Shown here one piece after another: positions 1 through 14,300 of a stretch of 64,000 nucleotides of DNA (positions are counted from its first letter, which is position 1; every line of letters starts with the position of its first letter). The translations under genes were made by a program, and so were the position numbers. The stretch is from the human T2T-CHM13v2.0 reference genome, Homo sapiens. Where the stretch lies: assembly GCF_009914755.1 (NCBI RefSeq), contig NC_060939.1. One strand, 5' to 3'. The notes under the pieces were generated by a model that saw nothing but the letters and a program-made list of their open reading frames with translations, searched no databases and was not told the DNA's origin.

Positions 1-1754
1 CAGTCCATTCCATTCGTATCCATTCCATTCCAGTCCATTCCATTTGTGTCCACTGCATTCCATTCCACTCCATTCCATATTATTCCATTACACTCCATTC
101 CATTCTATTACTTTCATTTCCATTCAATTCCATTCCATTTGATTCCATTCCACTCGGTTTCATTCCATTTGAGTCCACTCCATTCCATTCCATTCCATTC
201 AGTTCCATTCCATTCTGTTCCATTCCATTCCGTTCCATTACATTCCATTCCATTCGGTACCATTCCATATTGTTCCATTCGATTCCATTCGAATCCATTC
301 CATTCCAGTCCATTCCATTCGATTCCATTCCATTCATTTCAATTCCATTCCATTCCATTCCATTACATTCCACTTGATTCCTCTCCATTCCCTTCCACTG
401 CATTCCGTTCGATTCCATTCCATTGCATTGCATTCCATTCCATTGGATTGCATTCCATTCGATTCCATTCCATTCGAATCAATTACATAGCAATCCATTA
501 CATTCGAGTCTATTCTCTTCCGTTCCATTCGATTTCGTTCCAATCCATTCGATTCCATTCCATTCGATTCCATTCCATACTATTGCATTCCATTCGATTA
601 CATTATATTCGAATAAGTTCCATTCAAGACCATTTCTTTTGAGTCCATTCTATTTGAGTCCATTCCCTTTGATTCCATAACATTTGAGTCCATTCAATTC
701 CATTCCTTTCGTTTCCATTCCATTTGATGCCATTCCATTCAATTCTGTTCTACTCGACTCCAATACATTCAATTCCATTCCATCCGATTCCATTACATTC
801 TTTTCATTTCTTATCCATTTCAAGCCATTCCACTCCATTCCATTCCACTCGTTTCCTTTCCATTCGAGTCCATTCCTCTCCAGTCCATTCCGTTCAATCC
901 ATTCCATTCCAGTCCATTCCATTCGAGTCCGTTCCATTCCAGTCCATTCCATTCGAGTCAATTCCATTCCATTCGATGTCTTTCCATAACGATCCATTCC
1001 ATTCTATTCCTTTCGATTCCATTCCATTCTATTTCATTCCATTCGATTCCCTTCCATTGGACTCCTTTCCATTCGAGTGCATTCCATTCCGTTCCATTTC
1101 TTTCCGTTCTGTACGATTCCTACCGTTCGATTTCATTTTCTTCCAGTCCATTCTTTTGCGTCCATTCCATTCCATTTCACTCCATTCGATTCCATTCCAC
1201 TCGATTCCACTTCGTTCCATTTCATTGCATTCCATTCTATTCAACTCTATTGCCTTCCATTCCATTCCATTCGATTACATTCCATGCGATTCCATTCGAA
1301 ATCGAATCAATTACATTGCAATTCATTACTATTGAGTCCGTTTTATTCCAGTCCACTGCATTCTGGTCCATTCCATTTGATTCCATTCCATTCTATTCCA
1401 TTCCATACAGTTGCATTCCATTGGATTCCATGCTATATCTATAAATTCAATTCGAGACCATTGTTTTTGAGTCCATTCTATATGATTCCATTCCATTCAA
1501 GTCCATTACATTTGGTTAAATTCCATTCCATTCGGTTCAATTCCATTCCATTCCATTCCCTTCCATTCCATTCCAGTTGATATCAATCCATTCGATTCCA
1601 TTCCATTCGAGCACATTCCATTCGAGTCCATTCCATTTGATGCCATTCCATTTGATTCTATTCCATTAGTCTCCATTCAATTCCATTAATCTCCATTCCA
1701 TTCCATTCTACTCCAACTGATTCCATTCCATTCTATTCCTTTCCATTCCATTTC

Positions 1755-1798
1755 ATTCCATTCCATTCCATTCCATTCCATTCCATTCCATTCCATTC
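1755..1798 (+). repeat. Pure (CATTC)n microsatellite at each monomer end, variable in copy number (example shown)
   Basis: Seen: a perfect pentamer tract precedes each GTGTCC. Its length differs between units in 5 bp steps and explains most of the 1803/1808/1813/1818 length classes. Confidence 0.9.
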
Positions 1799-3591
1799 GT
1801 GTCCATTCCACTCCAGTCCATTCCATTCGTATCCATTCCATTCCAGTCCATTCCATTTGTGTCCACTGCATTCCATTCCACTCCATTCCATATTATTCCA
1901 TTACACTCCATTCCATTCTATTACTTTCATTTCCATTCAATTCCATTCCATTTGATTCCATTCCACTCGGTTTCATTCCATTTGAGTCCACTCCATTCCA
2001 TTCCATTCCATTCAGTTCCATTCCATTCTGTTCCAATCCATTCCATTCCATTCGGTACCATTCCATATTGTTCCATTCGATTCCATTCGAATCCATTCCA
2101 TTCCAGTCCATTCCATTCGATTCCATTCCATTCATTTCAATTCCATTCCATTCCATTCCATTACATTCCACTTGATTCCTCTCCATTCCCTTCCACTGCA
2201 TTCCGTTCGATTCCATTCCATTGCATTGCATTCCATTCCATTGGATTGCATTCCATTCGATTCCATTCCATTCGAATCAATTACATAGCAATCCATTACA
2301 TTCGAGTCTATTCTCTTCCGTTCCATTCGATTTCGTTCCAATCCATTCGATTCCATTCCATTCGATTCCATTCCATACTATTGCATTCCATTCGATTACA
2401 TTATATTCGAATAAGTTCCATTCAAGACCATTTCTTTTGAGTCCATTCTATTTGAGTCCATTCCCTTTGATTCCATAACATTTGAGTCCATTCAATTCCA
2501 TTCCTTTCGTTTCCATTCCATTTGATGCCATTCCATTCAATTCTGTTCTACTCGACTCCAATACATTCAATTCCATTCCATCCGATTCCATTACATTCTT
2601 TTCATTTCTTATCCATTTCAAGCCATTCCACTCCATTCCATTCCACTCGTTTCCTTTCCATTCGAGTCCATTACTCTCCAGTCCATTCCGTTCAATCCAT
2701 TCCATTCCAGTCCATTCCATTCGAGTCCGTTCCATTCCAGTCCATTCCATTCGAGTCAATTCCATTCCATTCGATGTCTTTCCATAACGATCCATTCCAT
2801 TCTATTCCTTTCGATTCCATTCCATTCTATTTCATTCCATTCGATTCCCTTCCATTGGACTCCTTTCCATTCGAGTGCATTCCATTCCGTTCCATTTCTT
2901 TCCGTTCTGTACGATTCCTACCGTTCGATTTCATTTTCTTCCAGTCCATTCTTTCGCGTCCATTCCATTCCATTTCACTCCATTCGATTCCATTCCACTC
3001 GATTCCACTTCGTTCCATTTCATTGCATTCCATTCTATTCAACTCTATTGCCTTCCATTCCATTCCATTCGATTACATTCCATGCGATTCCATTCGAAAT
3101 CGAATCAATTACATTGCAATCCATTACTATTGAGTCCGTTTTATTCCAGTCCACTGCATTCTGGTCCATTCCATTTGATTCCATTCCATTCTATTCCATT
3201 CCATACAGTTGCATTCCATTGGATTCCATGCTATATCTATAAATTCAATTCGAGACCATTGCTTTTGAGTCCATTCTATATGATTCCATTCCATTCAAGT
3301 CCATTACATTTGGTTAAATTCCATTCCATTCGGTTCAATTCCATTCCATTCCATTCCCTTCCATTCCATTCCAGTTGATATCAATCCATTCGATTCCATT
3401 CCATTCGAGCACATTCCATTCGAGTCCATTCCATTCGATGCCATTCCATTTGATTCTATTCCATTAGTCTCCATTCAATTCCATTAATCTCCATTCCATT
3501 CCATTCTACTCCAACTGATTCCATTCCATTCTATTCCTTTCCATTCCATTTCATTCCATTCCATTCCATTCCATTCCATTCCATTCCATTC

Positions 3592-5399
3592 GTGTCCATT
3601 CCACTCCAGTCCATTCCATTCGTATCCATTCCATTCCAGTCTATTCCATTTGTGTCCACTGCATTCCATTCCACTCCATTCCATATTATTCCATTACACT
3701 CCCTTCCATTCTATTACTTTCATTTCCATTCAATTCCATTCCATTTGATTCCATTCCACTCGGTTTCATTCCATTTGAGTCCACTCCATTCCATTCCATT
3801 CCATTCAGTTCCATTCCATTCTGTTCCATTCCATTCCGTTCCATTACATTCCATTCCATTCGGTACCATTCCATATTGTTCCATTCGATTCCATTCGAAT
3901 CCATTCCATTCCAGTCCATTCCATTCGATTCCATTCCATTCATTTCAATTCCATTCCATTCCATTCCATTACATTCCACTTGATTCCTCTCCATTCCCTT
4001 CCACTGTATTCCGTTCGATTCCATTCCATTGCATTGCATTCCATTCCATTGTATTGCATTCCATTCGATTCCATTCCATTCGAATCAATTACATAGCAAT
4101 CCATTACATTCGAGTCTATTCTATTCCGTTCCATTCGATTTCGTTCCAATCCATTCGATTCCATTCCATTCGATTCCATTCCATACTATTGCATTCCATT
4201 CGATTACATTATATTCGAATAAGTTCCATTCAAGACCATTTCTTTTGAGTCCATTCTATTTGAGTCCATTCCCTTTGATTCCATAACATTTGAGTCCATT
4301 CAATTCCATTCCTTTCGTTTCCATTCCATTTGATGCCATTCCATTCAATTCTGTTCTACTCGACTCCAATACATTCAATTCCATTCCATCCGATTCCATT
4401 ACATTCTTTTCATTTCTTATCCATTTCAAGCCATTCCACTCCATTCCATTCCACTCGTTTCCTTTCCATTCGAGTCCATTCCTCTCCAGTCCATTCCGTT
4501 CAATCCATTCCATTCCAGTCCATTCCATTCGAGTCCGTTCCATTCCAGTCCATTCCATTCGAGTCAATTCCATTCTATTCGATGTCTTTCCATAACGATC
4601 CATTCCATTCTATTCCTTTCGATTCCATTCCATTCTATTTCATTCCATTCGATTCCCTTCCATTGGACTCCTTTCCATTCGAGTGCATTGCATTCCGTTC
4701 CATTTCTTTCCGTTCTGTACGATTCCTACCGTTCGATTTCATTTTGTTCCAGTCCATTCTTTCGCGTCCATTCCATTCCATTTCACTCCATTCGATTCCA
4801 TTCCACTCGATTCCACTTCGTTCCATTTCATTGCATTCCATTCTATTCAACTCTATTGCCTTCCATTCCATTCCATTCGATTACATTCCATGCGATTCCA
4901 TTCGAAATCGAATCAATTACATTGCAATCCATTACTATTGAGTCCGTTTTATTCCAGTCCACTGCATTCTGGTCCATTCCATTTGATTCCATTCCATTCT
5001 ATTCCATTCCATACAGTTGCATTCCATTGGATTCCATGCTATATCTATAAATTCAATTCGAGACCATTGCTTTTGAGTCCATTCTATATGATTCCATTCC
5101 ATTCAAGTCCATTACATTTGGTTAAATTCCATTCCATTCGGTTCAATTCCATTCCATTCCATTCCCTTCCATTCCATTCCAGTTGATATCAATCCATTCG
5201 ATTCCATTCCATTCGAGCACATTCCATTCGAGTCCATTCCATTCGATGCCATTCCATTTGATTCTATTCCATTAGTCTCCATTCAATTCCATTAATCTCC
5301 ATTCCATTCCATTCTACTCCAACTGATTCCATTCCATTCTATTCCTTTCCATTCCATTTCATTCCATTCCATTCCATTCCATTCCATTCCATTCCATTC
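3592..5399 (+). repeat. Representative full monomer (U3, 1808 bp)
   Basis: Seen: landmarks in order GTGTCC, GGTACC (3862), GAATCAATTACATAGC, GAATAAGTT, CTGTACGATTCCTACC, TTTCGCGTCC, GCTATATCTATAAA, GATATC, then a pure CATTC tract. The same order recurs in every unit. Confidence 0.95.
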
Positions 5400-8300
5400 G
5401 TGTCCATTCCACTCCAGTCCATTCCATTCGTATCCATTCCATTCCAGTCCATTCCATTTGTGTCCACTGCATTCCATTCCACTCCATTCCATATTATTCC
5501 ATTACACTCCATTCCATTCTATTACTTTCATTTCCATTCAATTCCATTCCATTTGATTCCATTCCACTCGGTTTCATTCCATTTGAGTCCACTCCATTCC
5601 ATTCCATTCCATTCAGTTCCATTCCATTCTGTTCCATTCCATTCCGTTCCATTACATTCCATTCCATTCGGTACCATTCCATATTGTTCCATTCGATTGC
5701 ATTCGAATCCATTCCATTCCAGTCCATTCCATTCGATTCCATTCCATTCATTTCAATTCCATTCCATTCCATTCCATTACATTCCACTTGATTCCTCTCC
5801 ATTCCCTTCCACTGCATTCCGTTCGATTCCATTCCATTGCATTGCATTCCATTCCATTGGATTGCATTCCATTCGATTCCATTCCATTCGAATCAATTAC
5901 ATAGCAATCCATTACATTCGAGTCTATTCTCTTCCGTTCCATTCGATTTCGTTCCAATCCATTCGATTCCATTCCATTCGATTCCATTCCATACTATTGC
6001 ATTCCATTCGATTACATTATATTCGAATAAGTTCCATTCAAGACCATTTCTTTTGAGTCCATTCTATTTGAGTCCATTCCCTTTGATTCCATAACATTTG
6101 AGTCCATTCAATTCCATTCCTTTCGTTTCCATTCCATTTGATGCCATTCCATTCAATTCTGTTCTACTCGACTCCAATACATTCAATTCCATTCCATCCG
6201 ATTCCATTACATTCTTTTCATTTCTTATCCATTTCAAGCCATTCCACTCCATTCCATTCCACTCGTTTCCTTTCCATTCGAGTCCATTCCTCTCCAGTCC
6301 ATTCCGTTCAATCCATTCCATTCCAGTCCATTCCATTCGAGTCCGTTCCATTCCAGTCCATTCCATTCGAGTCAATTCCATTCCATTCGATGTCTTTCCA
6401 TAACGATCCATTCCATTCTATTCCTTTCGATTCCATTCCATTCTATTTCATTCCATTCGATTCCCTTCCATTGGACTCCTTTCCATTCGAGTGCATTCCA
6501 TTCCGTTCCATTTCTTTCCGTTCTGTACGATTCCTACCGTTCGATTTCATTTTCTTCCAGTCCATTCTTTCGCGTCCATTCCATTCCATTTCACTCCATT
6601 CGATTCCATTCCACTCGATTCCACTTCGTTCCATTTCATTGCATTCCATTCTATTCAACTCTATTGCCTTCCATTCCATTCCATTCGATTACATTCCATG
6701 CGATTCCATTCGAAATCGAATCAATTACATTGCAATTCATTACTATTGAGTCCGTTTTATTCCAGTCCACTGCATTCTGGTCCATTCCATTTGATTCCAT
6801 TCCATTCTATTCCATTCCATACAGTTGCATTCCATTGGATTCCATGCTATATCTATAAATTCAATTCGAGACCATTGTTTTTGAGTCCATTCTATATGAT
6901 TCCATTCCATTCAAGTCCATTACATTTGGTTAAATTCCATTCCATTCGGTTCAATTCCATTCCATTCCATTCCCTTCCATTCCATTCCAGTTGATATCAA
7001 TCCATTCGATTCCATTCCATTCGAGCACATTCCATTCGAGTCCATTCCATTCGATGCCATTCCATTTGATTCTATTCCATTAGTCTCCATTCAATTCCAT
7101 TAATCTCCATTCCATTCCATTCTACTCCAACTGATTCCATTCCATTCTATTCCTTTCCATTCCATTTCATTCCATTCCATTCCATTCCATTCCATTCCAT
7201 TCCATTCCATTCGTGTCCATTCCACTCCAGTCCATTCCATTCGTATCCATTCCATTCCAGTCCATTCCATTTGTGTCCACTGCATTCCATTCCACTCCAT
7301 TCCATATTATTCCATTACACTCCATTCCATTCTATTACTTTCATTTCCATTCAATTCCATTCCATTTGATTCCATTCCACTCGGTTTCATTCCATTTGAG
7401 TCCACTCCATTCCATTCCATTCCATTCAGTTCCATTCCATTCTGTTCCATTCCATTCCGTTCCATTACATTCCATTCCATTCGGTACCATTCCATATTGT
7501 TCCATTCGATTCCATTCGAATCCATTCCATTCCAGTCCATTCCATTCGATTCCATTCCATTCATTTCAATTCCATTCCATTCCATTCCATTACATTCCAC
7601 TTGATTCCTCTCCATTCCCTTCCACTGCATTCCGTTCGATTCCATTCCATTGCATTGCATTCCATTCCATTGGATTGCATTCCATTCGATTCCATTCCAT
7701 TCGAATCAATTACATAGCAATCCATTACATTCGAGTCTATTCTCTTCCGTTCCATTCGATTTCGTTCCAATCCATTCGATTCCATTCCATTCGATTCCAT
7801 TCCATACTATTGCATTCCATTCGATTACATTATATTCGAATAAGTTCCATTCAAGACCATTTCTTTTGAGTCCATTCTATTTGAGTCCATTCCCTTTGAT
7901 TCCATAACATTTGAGTCCATTCAATTCCATTCCTTTCGTTTCCATTCCATTTGATGCCATTCCATTCAATTCTGTTCTACTCGACTCCAATACATTCAAT
8001 TCCATTCCATCCGATTCCATTACATTCTTTTCATTTCTTATCCATTTCAAGCCATTCCACTCCATTCCATTCCACTCGTTTCCTTTCCATTCGAGTCCAT
8101 TACTCTCCAGTCCATTCCGTTCAATCCATTCCATTCCAGTCCATTCCATTCGAGTCCGTTCCATTCCAGTCCATTCCATTCGAGTCAATTCCATTCTATT
8201 CGATGTCTTTCCATAACGATCCATTCCATTCTATTCCTTTCGATTCCATTCCATTCTATTTCATTCCATTCGATTCCCTTCCATTGGACTCCTTTCCATT

Positions 8301-11300
8301 CGAGTGCATTGCATTCCGTTCCATTTCTTTCCGTTCTGTACGATTCCTACCATTCGATTTCATTTTGTTCCAGTCCATTCTTTCGCGTCCATTCCATTCC
8401 ATTTCACTCCATTCGATTCCATTCCACTCGATTCCACTTCGTTCCATTTCATTGCATTCCATTCTATTCAACTCTATTGCCTTCCATTCCATTCCATTCG
8501 ATTACATTCCATGCGATTCCATTCGAAATCGAATCAATTACATTGCAATCCATTACTATTGAGTCCGTTTTATTCCAGTCCACTGCATTCTGGTCCATTC
8601 CATTTGATTCCATTCCATTCTATTCCATTCCATACAGTTGCATTCCATTGGATTCCATGCTATATCTATAAATTCAATTCGAGACCATTGCTTTTGAGTC
8701 CATTCTATATGATTCCATTCCATTCAAGTCCATTACATTTGGTTAAATTCCATTCCATTCGGTTCAATTCCATTCCATTCCATTCCCTTCCATTCCATTC
8801 CAGTTGATATCAATCCATTCGATTCCATTCCATTCGAGCACATTCCATTCGAGTCCATTCCATTCGATGCCATTCCATTTGATTCTATTCCATTAGTCTC
8901 CATTCAATTCCATTAATCTCCATTCCATTCCATTCTACTCCAACTGATTCCATTCCATTCTATTCCTTTCCATTCCATTTCATTCCATTCCATTCCATTC
9001 CATTCCATTCCATTCCATTCGTGTCCATTCCACTCCAGTCCATTCCATTCGTATCCATTCCATTCCAGTCCATTCCATTTGTGTCCACTGCATTCCATTC
9101 CACTCCATTCCATATTATTCCATTACACTCCATTCCATTCTATTACTTTCATTTCCATTCAATTCCATTCCATTTGATTCCATTCCACTCGGTTTCATTC
9201 CATTTGAGTCCACTCCATTCCATTCCATTCCATTCAGTTCCATTCCATTCTGTTCCATTCCATTCCGTTCCATTACATTCCATTCCATTCGGTACCATTC
9301 CATATTGTTCCATTCGATTCCATTCGAATCCATTCCATTCCAGTCCATTCCATTCGATTCCATTCCATTCATTTCAATTCCATTCCATTCCATTCCATTA
9401 CATTCCACTTGATTCCTCTCCATTCCCTTCCACTGCATTCCGTTCGATTCCATTCCATTGCATTGCATTCCATTCCATTGGATTGCATTCCATTCGATTC
9501 CATTCCATTCGAATCAATTACATAGCAATCCATTACATTCGAGTCTATTCTCTTCCGTTCCATTCGATTTCGTTCCAATCCATTCGATTCCATTCCATTC
9601 GATTCCATTCCATACTATTGCATTCCATTCGATTACATTATATTCGAATAAGTTCCATTCAAGACCATTTCTTTTGAGTCCATTCTATTTGAGTCCATTC
9701 CCTTTGATTCCATAACATTTGAGTCCATTCAATTCCATTCCTTTCGTTTCCATTCCATTTGATGCCATTCCATTCAATTCTGTTCTACTCGACTCCAATA
9801 CATTCAATTCCATTCCATCCGATTCCATTACATTCTTTTCATTTCTTATCCATTTCAAGCCATTCCACTCCATTCCATTCCACTCGTTTCCTTTCCATTC
9901 GAGTCCATTCCTCTCCAGTCCATTCCGTTCAATCCATTCCATTCCAGTCCATTCCATTCGAGTCCGTTCCATTCCAGTCCATTCCATTCGAGTCAATTCC
10001 ATTCCATTCGATGTCTTTCCATAACGATCCATTCCATTCTATTCCTTTCGATTCCATTCCATTCTATTTCATTCCATTCGATTCCCTTCCATTGGACTCC
10101 TTTCCATTCGAGTGCATTCCATTCCGTTCCATTTCTTTCCGTTCTGTACGATTCCTACCGTTCGATTTCATTTTTTTCCAGTCCATTCTTTCGCGTCCAT
10201 TCCATTCCATTTCACTCCATTCGATTCCATTCCACTCGATTCCACTTCGTTCCATTTCATTGCATTCCATTCTATTCAACTCTATTGCCTTCCATTCCAT
10301 TCCATTCGATTACATTCCATGCGATTCCATTCGAAATCGAATCAATTACATTGCAATTCATTACTATTGAGTCCGTTTTATTCCAGTCCACTGCATTCTG
10401 GTCCATTCCATTTGATTCCATTCCATTCTATTCCATTCCATACAGTTGCATTCCATTGGATTCCATGCTATATCTATAAATTCAATTCGAGACCATTGTT
10501 TTTGAGTCCATTCTATATGATTCCATTCCATTCAAGTCCATTACATTTGGTTAAATTCCATTCCATTCGGTTCAATTCCATTCCATTCCATTCCCTTCCA
10601 TTCCATTCCAGTTGATATCAATCCATTCGATTCCATTCCATTCGAGCACATTCCATTCGAGTCCATTCCATTCGATGCCATTCCATTTGATTCTATTCCA
10701 TTAGTCTCCATTCAATTCCATTAATCTCCATTCCATTCCATTCTACTCCAACTGATTCCATTCCATTCTATTCCTTTCCATTCCATTTCATTCCATTCCA
10801 TTCCATTCCATTCCATTCCATTCCATTCCATTCGTGTCCATTCCACTCCAGTCCATTCCATTCGTATCCATTCCATTCCAGTCCATTCCATTTGTGTCCA
10901 CTGCATTCCATTCCACTCCATTCCATATTATTCCATTACACTCCATTCCATTCTATTACTTTCATTTCCATTCAATTCCATTCCATTTGATTCCATTCCA
11001 CTCGGTTTCATTCCATTTGAGTCCACTCCATTCCATTCCATTCCATTCAGTTCCATTCCATTCTGTTCCATTCCATTCCGTTCCATTACATTCCATTCCA
11101 TTCGGTACCATTCCATATTGTTCCATTCGATTCCATTCGAATCCATTCCATTCCAGTCCATTCCATTCGATTCCATTCCATTCATTTCAATTCCATTCCA
11201 TTCCATTCCATTACATTCCACTTGATTCCTCTCCATTCCCTTCCACTGCATTCCGTTCGATTCCATTCCATTGCATTGCATTCCATTCCATTGGATTGCA

Positions 11301-14300
11301 TTCCATTCGATTCCATTCCATTCGAATCAATTACATAGCAATCCATTACATTCGAGTCTATTCTCTTCCGTTCCATTCGATTTCGTTCCAATCCATTCGA
11401 TTCCATTCCATTCGATTCCATTCCATACTATTGCATTCCATTCGATTACATTATATTCGAATAAGTTCCATTCAAGACCATTTCTTTTGAGTCCATTCTA
11501 TTTGAGTCCATTCCCTTTGATTCCATAACATTTGAGTCCATTCAATTCCATTCCTTTCGTTTCCATTCCATTTGATGCCATTCCATTCAATTCTGTTCTA
11601 CTCGACTCCAATACATTCAATTCCATTCCATCCGATTCCATTACATTCTTTTCATTTCTTATCCATTTCAAGCCATTCCACTCCATTCCATTCCACTCGT
11701 TTCCTTTCCATTCGAGTCCATTCCTCTCCAGTCCATTCCGTTCAATCCATTCCATTCCAGTCCATTCCATTCGAGTCCGTTCCATTCCAGTCCATTCCAT
11801 TCGAGTCAATTCCATTCCATTCGATGTCTTTCCATAACGATCCATTCCATTCTATTCCTTTCGATTCCATTCCATTCTATTTCATTCCATTCGATTCCCT
11901 TCCATTGGACTCCTTTCCATTCGAGTGCATTCCATTCCGTTCCATTTCTTTCCGTTCTGTACGATTCCTACCGTTCGATTTCATTTTGTTCCAGTCCATT
12001 CTTTCGCGTCCATTCCATTCCATTTCACTCCATTCGATTCCATTCCACTCGATTCCACTTCGTTCCATTTCATTGCATTCCATTCTATTCAACTCTATTG
12101 CCTTCCATTCCATTCCATTCGATTACATTCCATGCGATTCCATTCGAAATCGAATCAATTACATTGCAATCCATTACTATTGAGTCCGTTTTATTCCAGT
12201 CCACTGCATTCTGGTCCATTCCATTTGATTCCATTCCATTCTATTCCATTCCATACAGTTGCATTCCATTGGATTCCATGCTATATCTATAAATTCAATT
12301 CGAGACCATTGCTTTTGAGTCCATTCTATATGATTCCATTCCATTCAAGTCCATTACATTTGGTTAAATTCCATTCCATTCGGTTCAATTCCATTCCATT
12401 CCATTCCCTTCCATTCCATTCCAGTTGATATCAATCCATTCGATTCCATTCCATTCGAGCACATTCCATTCGAGTCCATTCCATTCGATGCCATTCCATT
12501 TGATTCTATTCCATTAGTCTCCATTCAATTCCATTAATCTCCATTCCATTCCATTCTACTCCAACTGATTCCATTCCATTCTATTCCTTTCCATTCCATT
12601 TCATTCCATTCCATTCCATTCCATTCCATTCCATTCCATTCGTGTCCATTCCACTCCAGTCCATTCCATTCGTATCCATTCCATTCCAGTCTATTCCATT
12701 TGTGTCCACTGCATTCCAATCCACTCCATTCCATATTATTCCATTACACTCCATTCCATTCTATTACTTTCATTTCCATTCAATTCCATTCCATTTGATT
12801 CCATTCCACTCGGTTTCATTCCATTTGAGTCCACTCCATTCCATTCCATTCCATTCAGTTCCATTCCATTCTGTTCCATTCCATTCCGTTCCATTACATT
12901 CCATTCCATTCGGTACCATTCCATATTGTTCCATTCGATTCCATTCGAATCCATTCCATTCCAGTCCATTCCATTCGATTCCATTCCATTCATTTCAATT
13001 CCATTCCATTCCATTACATTACATTGCACTTGATTCCTCTCCATTCCCTTCCACTGTATTCCGTTCGATTCCATTCCATTGCATTGCATTCCATTCCATT
13101 GTATTGCATTCCATTCGATTCCATTCCATTCGAATCAATTACATAGCAATCCATTACATTCGAGTCTATTCTATTCCGTTCCATTCGATTTCGTTCCAAT
13201 CCATTCGATTCCATTCCATTCGATTCCATTCCATACTATTGCATTCCATTCGATTACATTATATTCGAATAAGTTCCATTCAAGACCATTTCTTTTGAGT
13301 CCATTCTATTTGAGTCCATTCCCTTTGATTCCATAACATTTGAGTCCATTCAATTCCATTCCTTTCGTTTCCATTCCATTTGATGCCATTCCATTCAATT
13401 CTGTTCTACTCGACTCCAATACATTCAATTCCATTCCATCCGATTCCATTACATTCTTTTCATTTCTTATCCATTTCAAGCCATTCCACTCCATTCCATT
13501 CCACTCGTTTCCTTTCCATTCGAGTCCATTCCTCTCCAGTCCATTCCGTTCAATCCATTCCATTCCAGTCCATTCCATTCGAGTCCGTTCCATTCCAGTC
13601 CATTCCATTCGAGTCAATTCCATTCCATTCGATGTCTTTCCATAACGATCCATTCCATTCTATTCCTTTCGATTCCATTCCATTCTATTTCATTCCATTC
13701 GATTCCCTTCCATTGGACTCCTTTCCATTCGAGTGCATTCCATTCCGTTCCATTTCTTTCCGTTCTGTACGATTCCTACCGTTCGATTTCATTTTTTTCC
13801 AGTCCATTCTTTCGCGTCCATTCCATTCCATTTCACTCCATTCGATTCCATTCCACTCGATTCCACTTCGTTCCATTTCATTGCATTCCATTCTATTCAA
13901 CTCTATTGCCTTCCATTCCATTCCATTCGATTACATTCCATGCGATTCCATTCGAAATCGAATCAATTACATTGCAATTCATTACTATTGAGTCCGTTTT
14001 ATTCCAGTCCACTGCATTCTGGTCCATTCCATTTGATTCCATTCCATTCTATTCCATTCCATACAGTTGCATTCCATTGGATTCCATGCTATATCTATAA
14101 ATTCAATTCGAGACCATTGTTTTTGAGTCCATTCTATATGATTCCATTCCATTCAAGTCCATTACATTTGGTTAAATTCCATTCCATTCGGTTCAATTCC
14201 ATTCCATTCCATTCCCTTCCATTCCATTCCAGTTGATATCAATCCATTCGATTCCATTCCATTCGAGCACATTCCATTCGAGTCCATTCCATTCGATGCC

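Noticed and set aside
1430-1450. TATA-like CTATAAA (GCTATATCTATAAATTC) once per monomer
   Set aside because: It is the diverged counterpart of ATTATATTCGAATAAGTTC in the other half-monomer. A short AT-rich match alone does not support a promoter.
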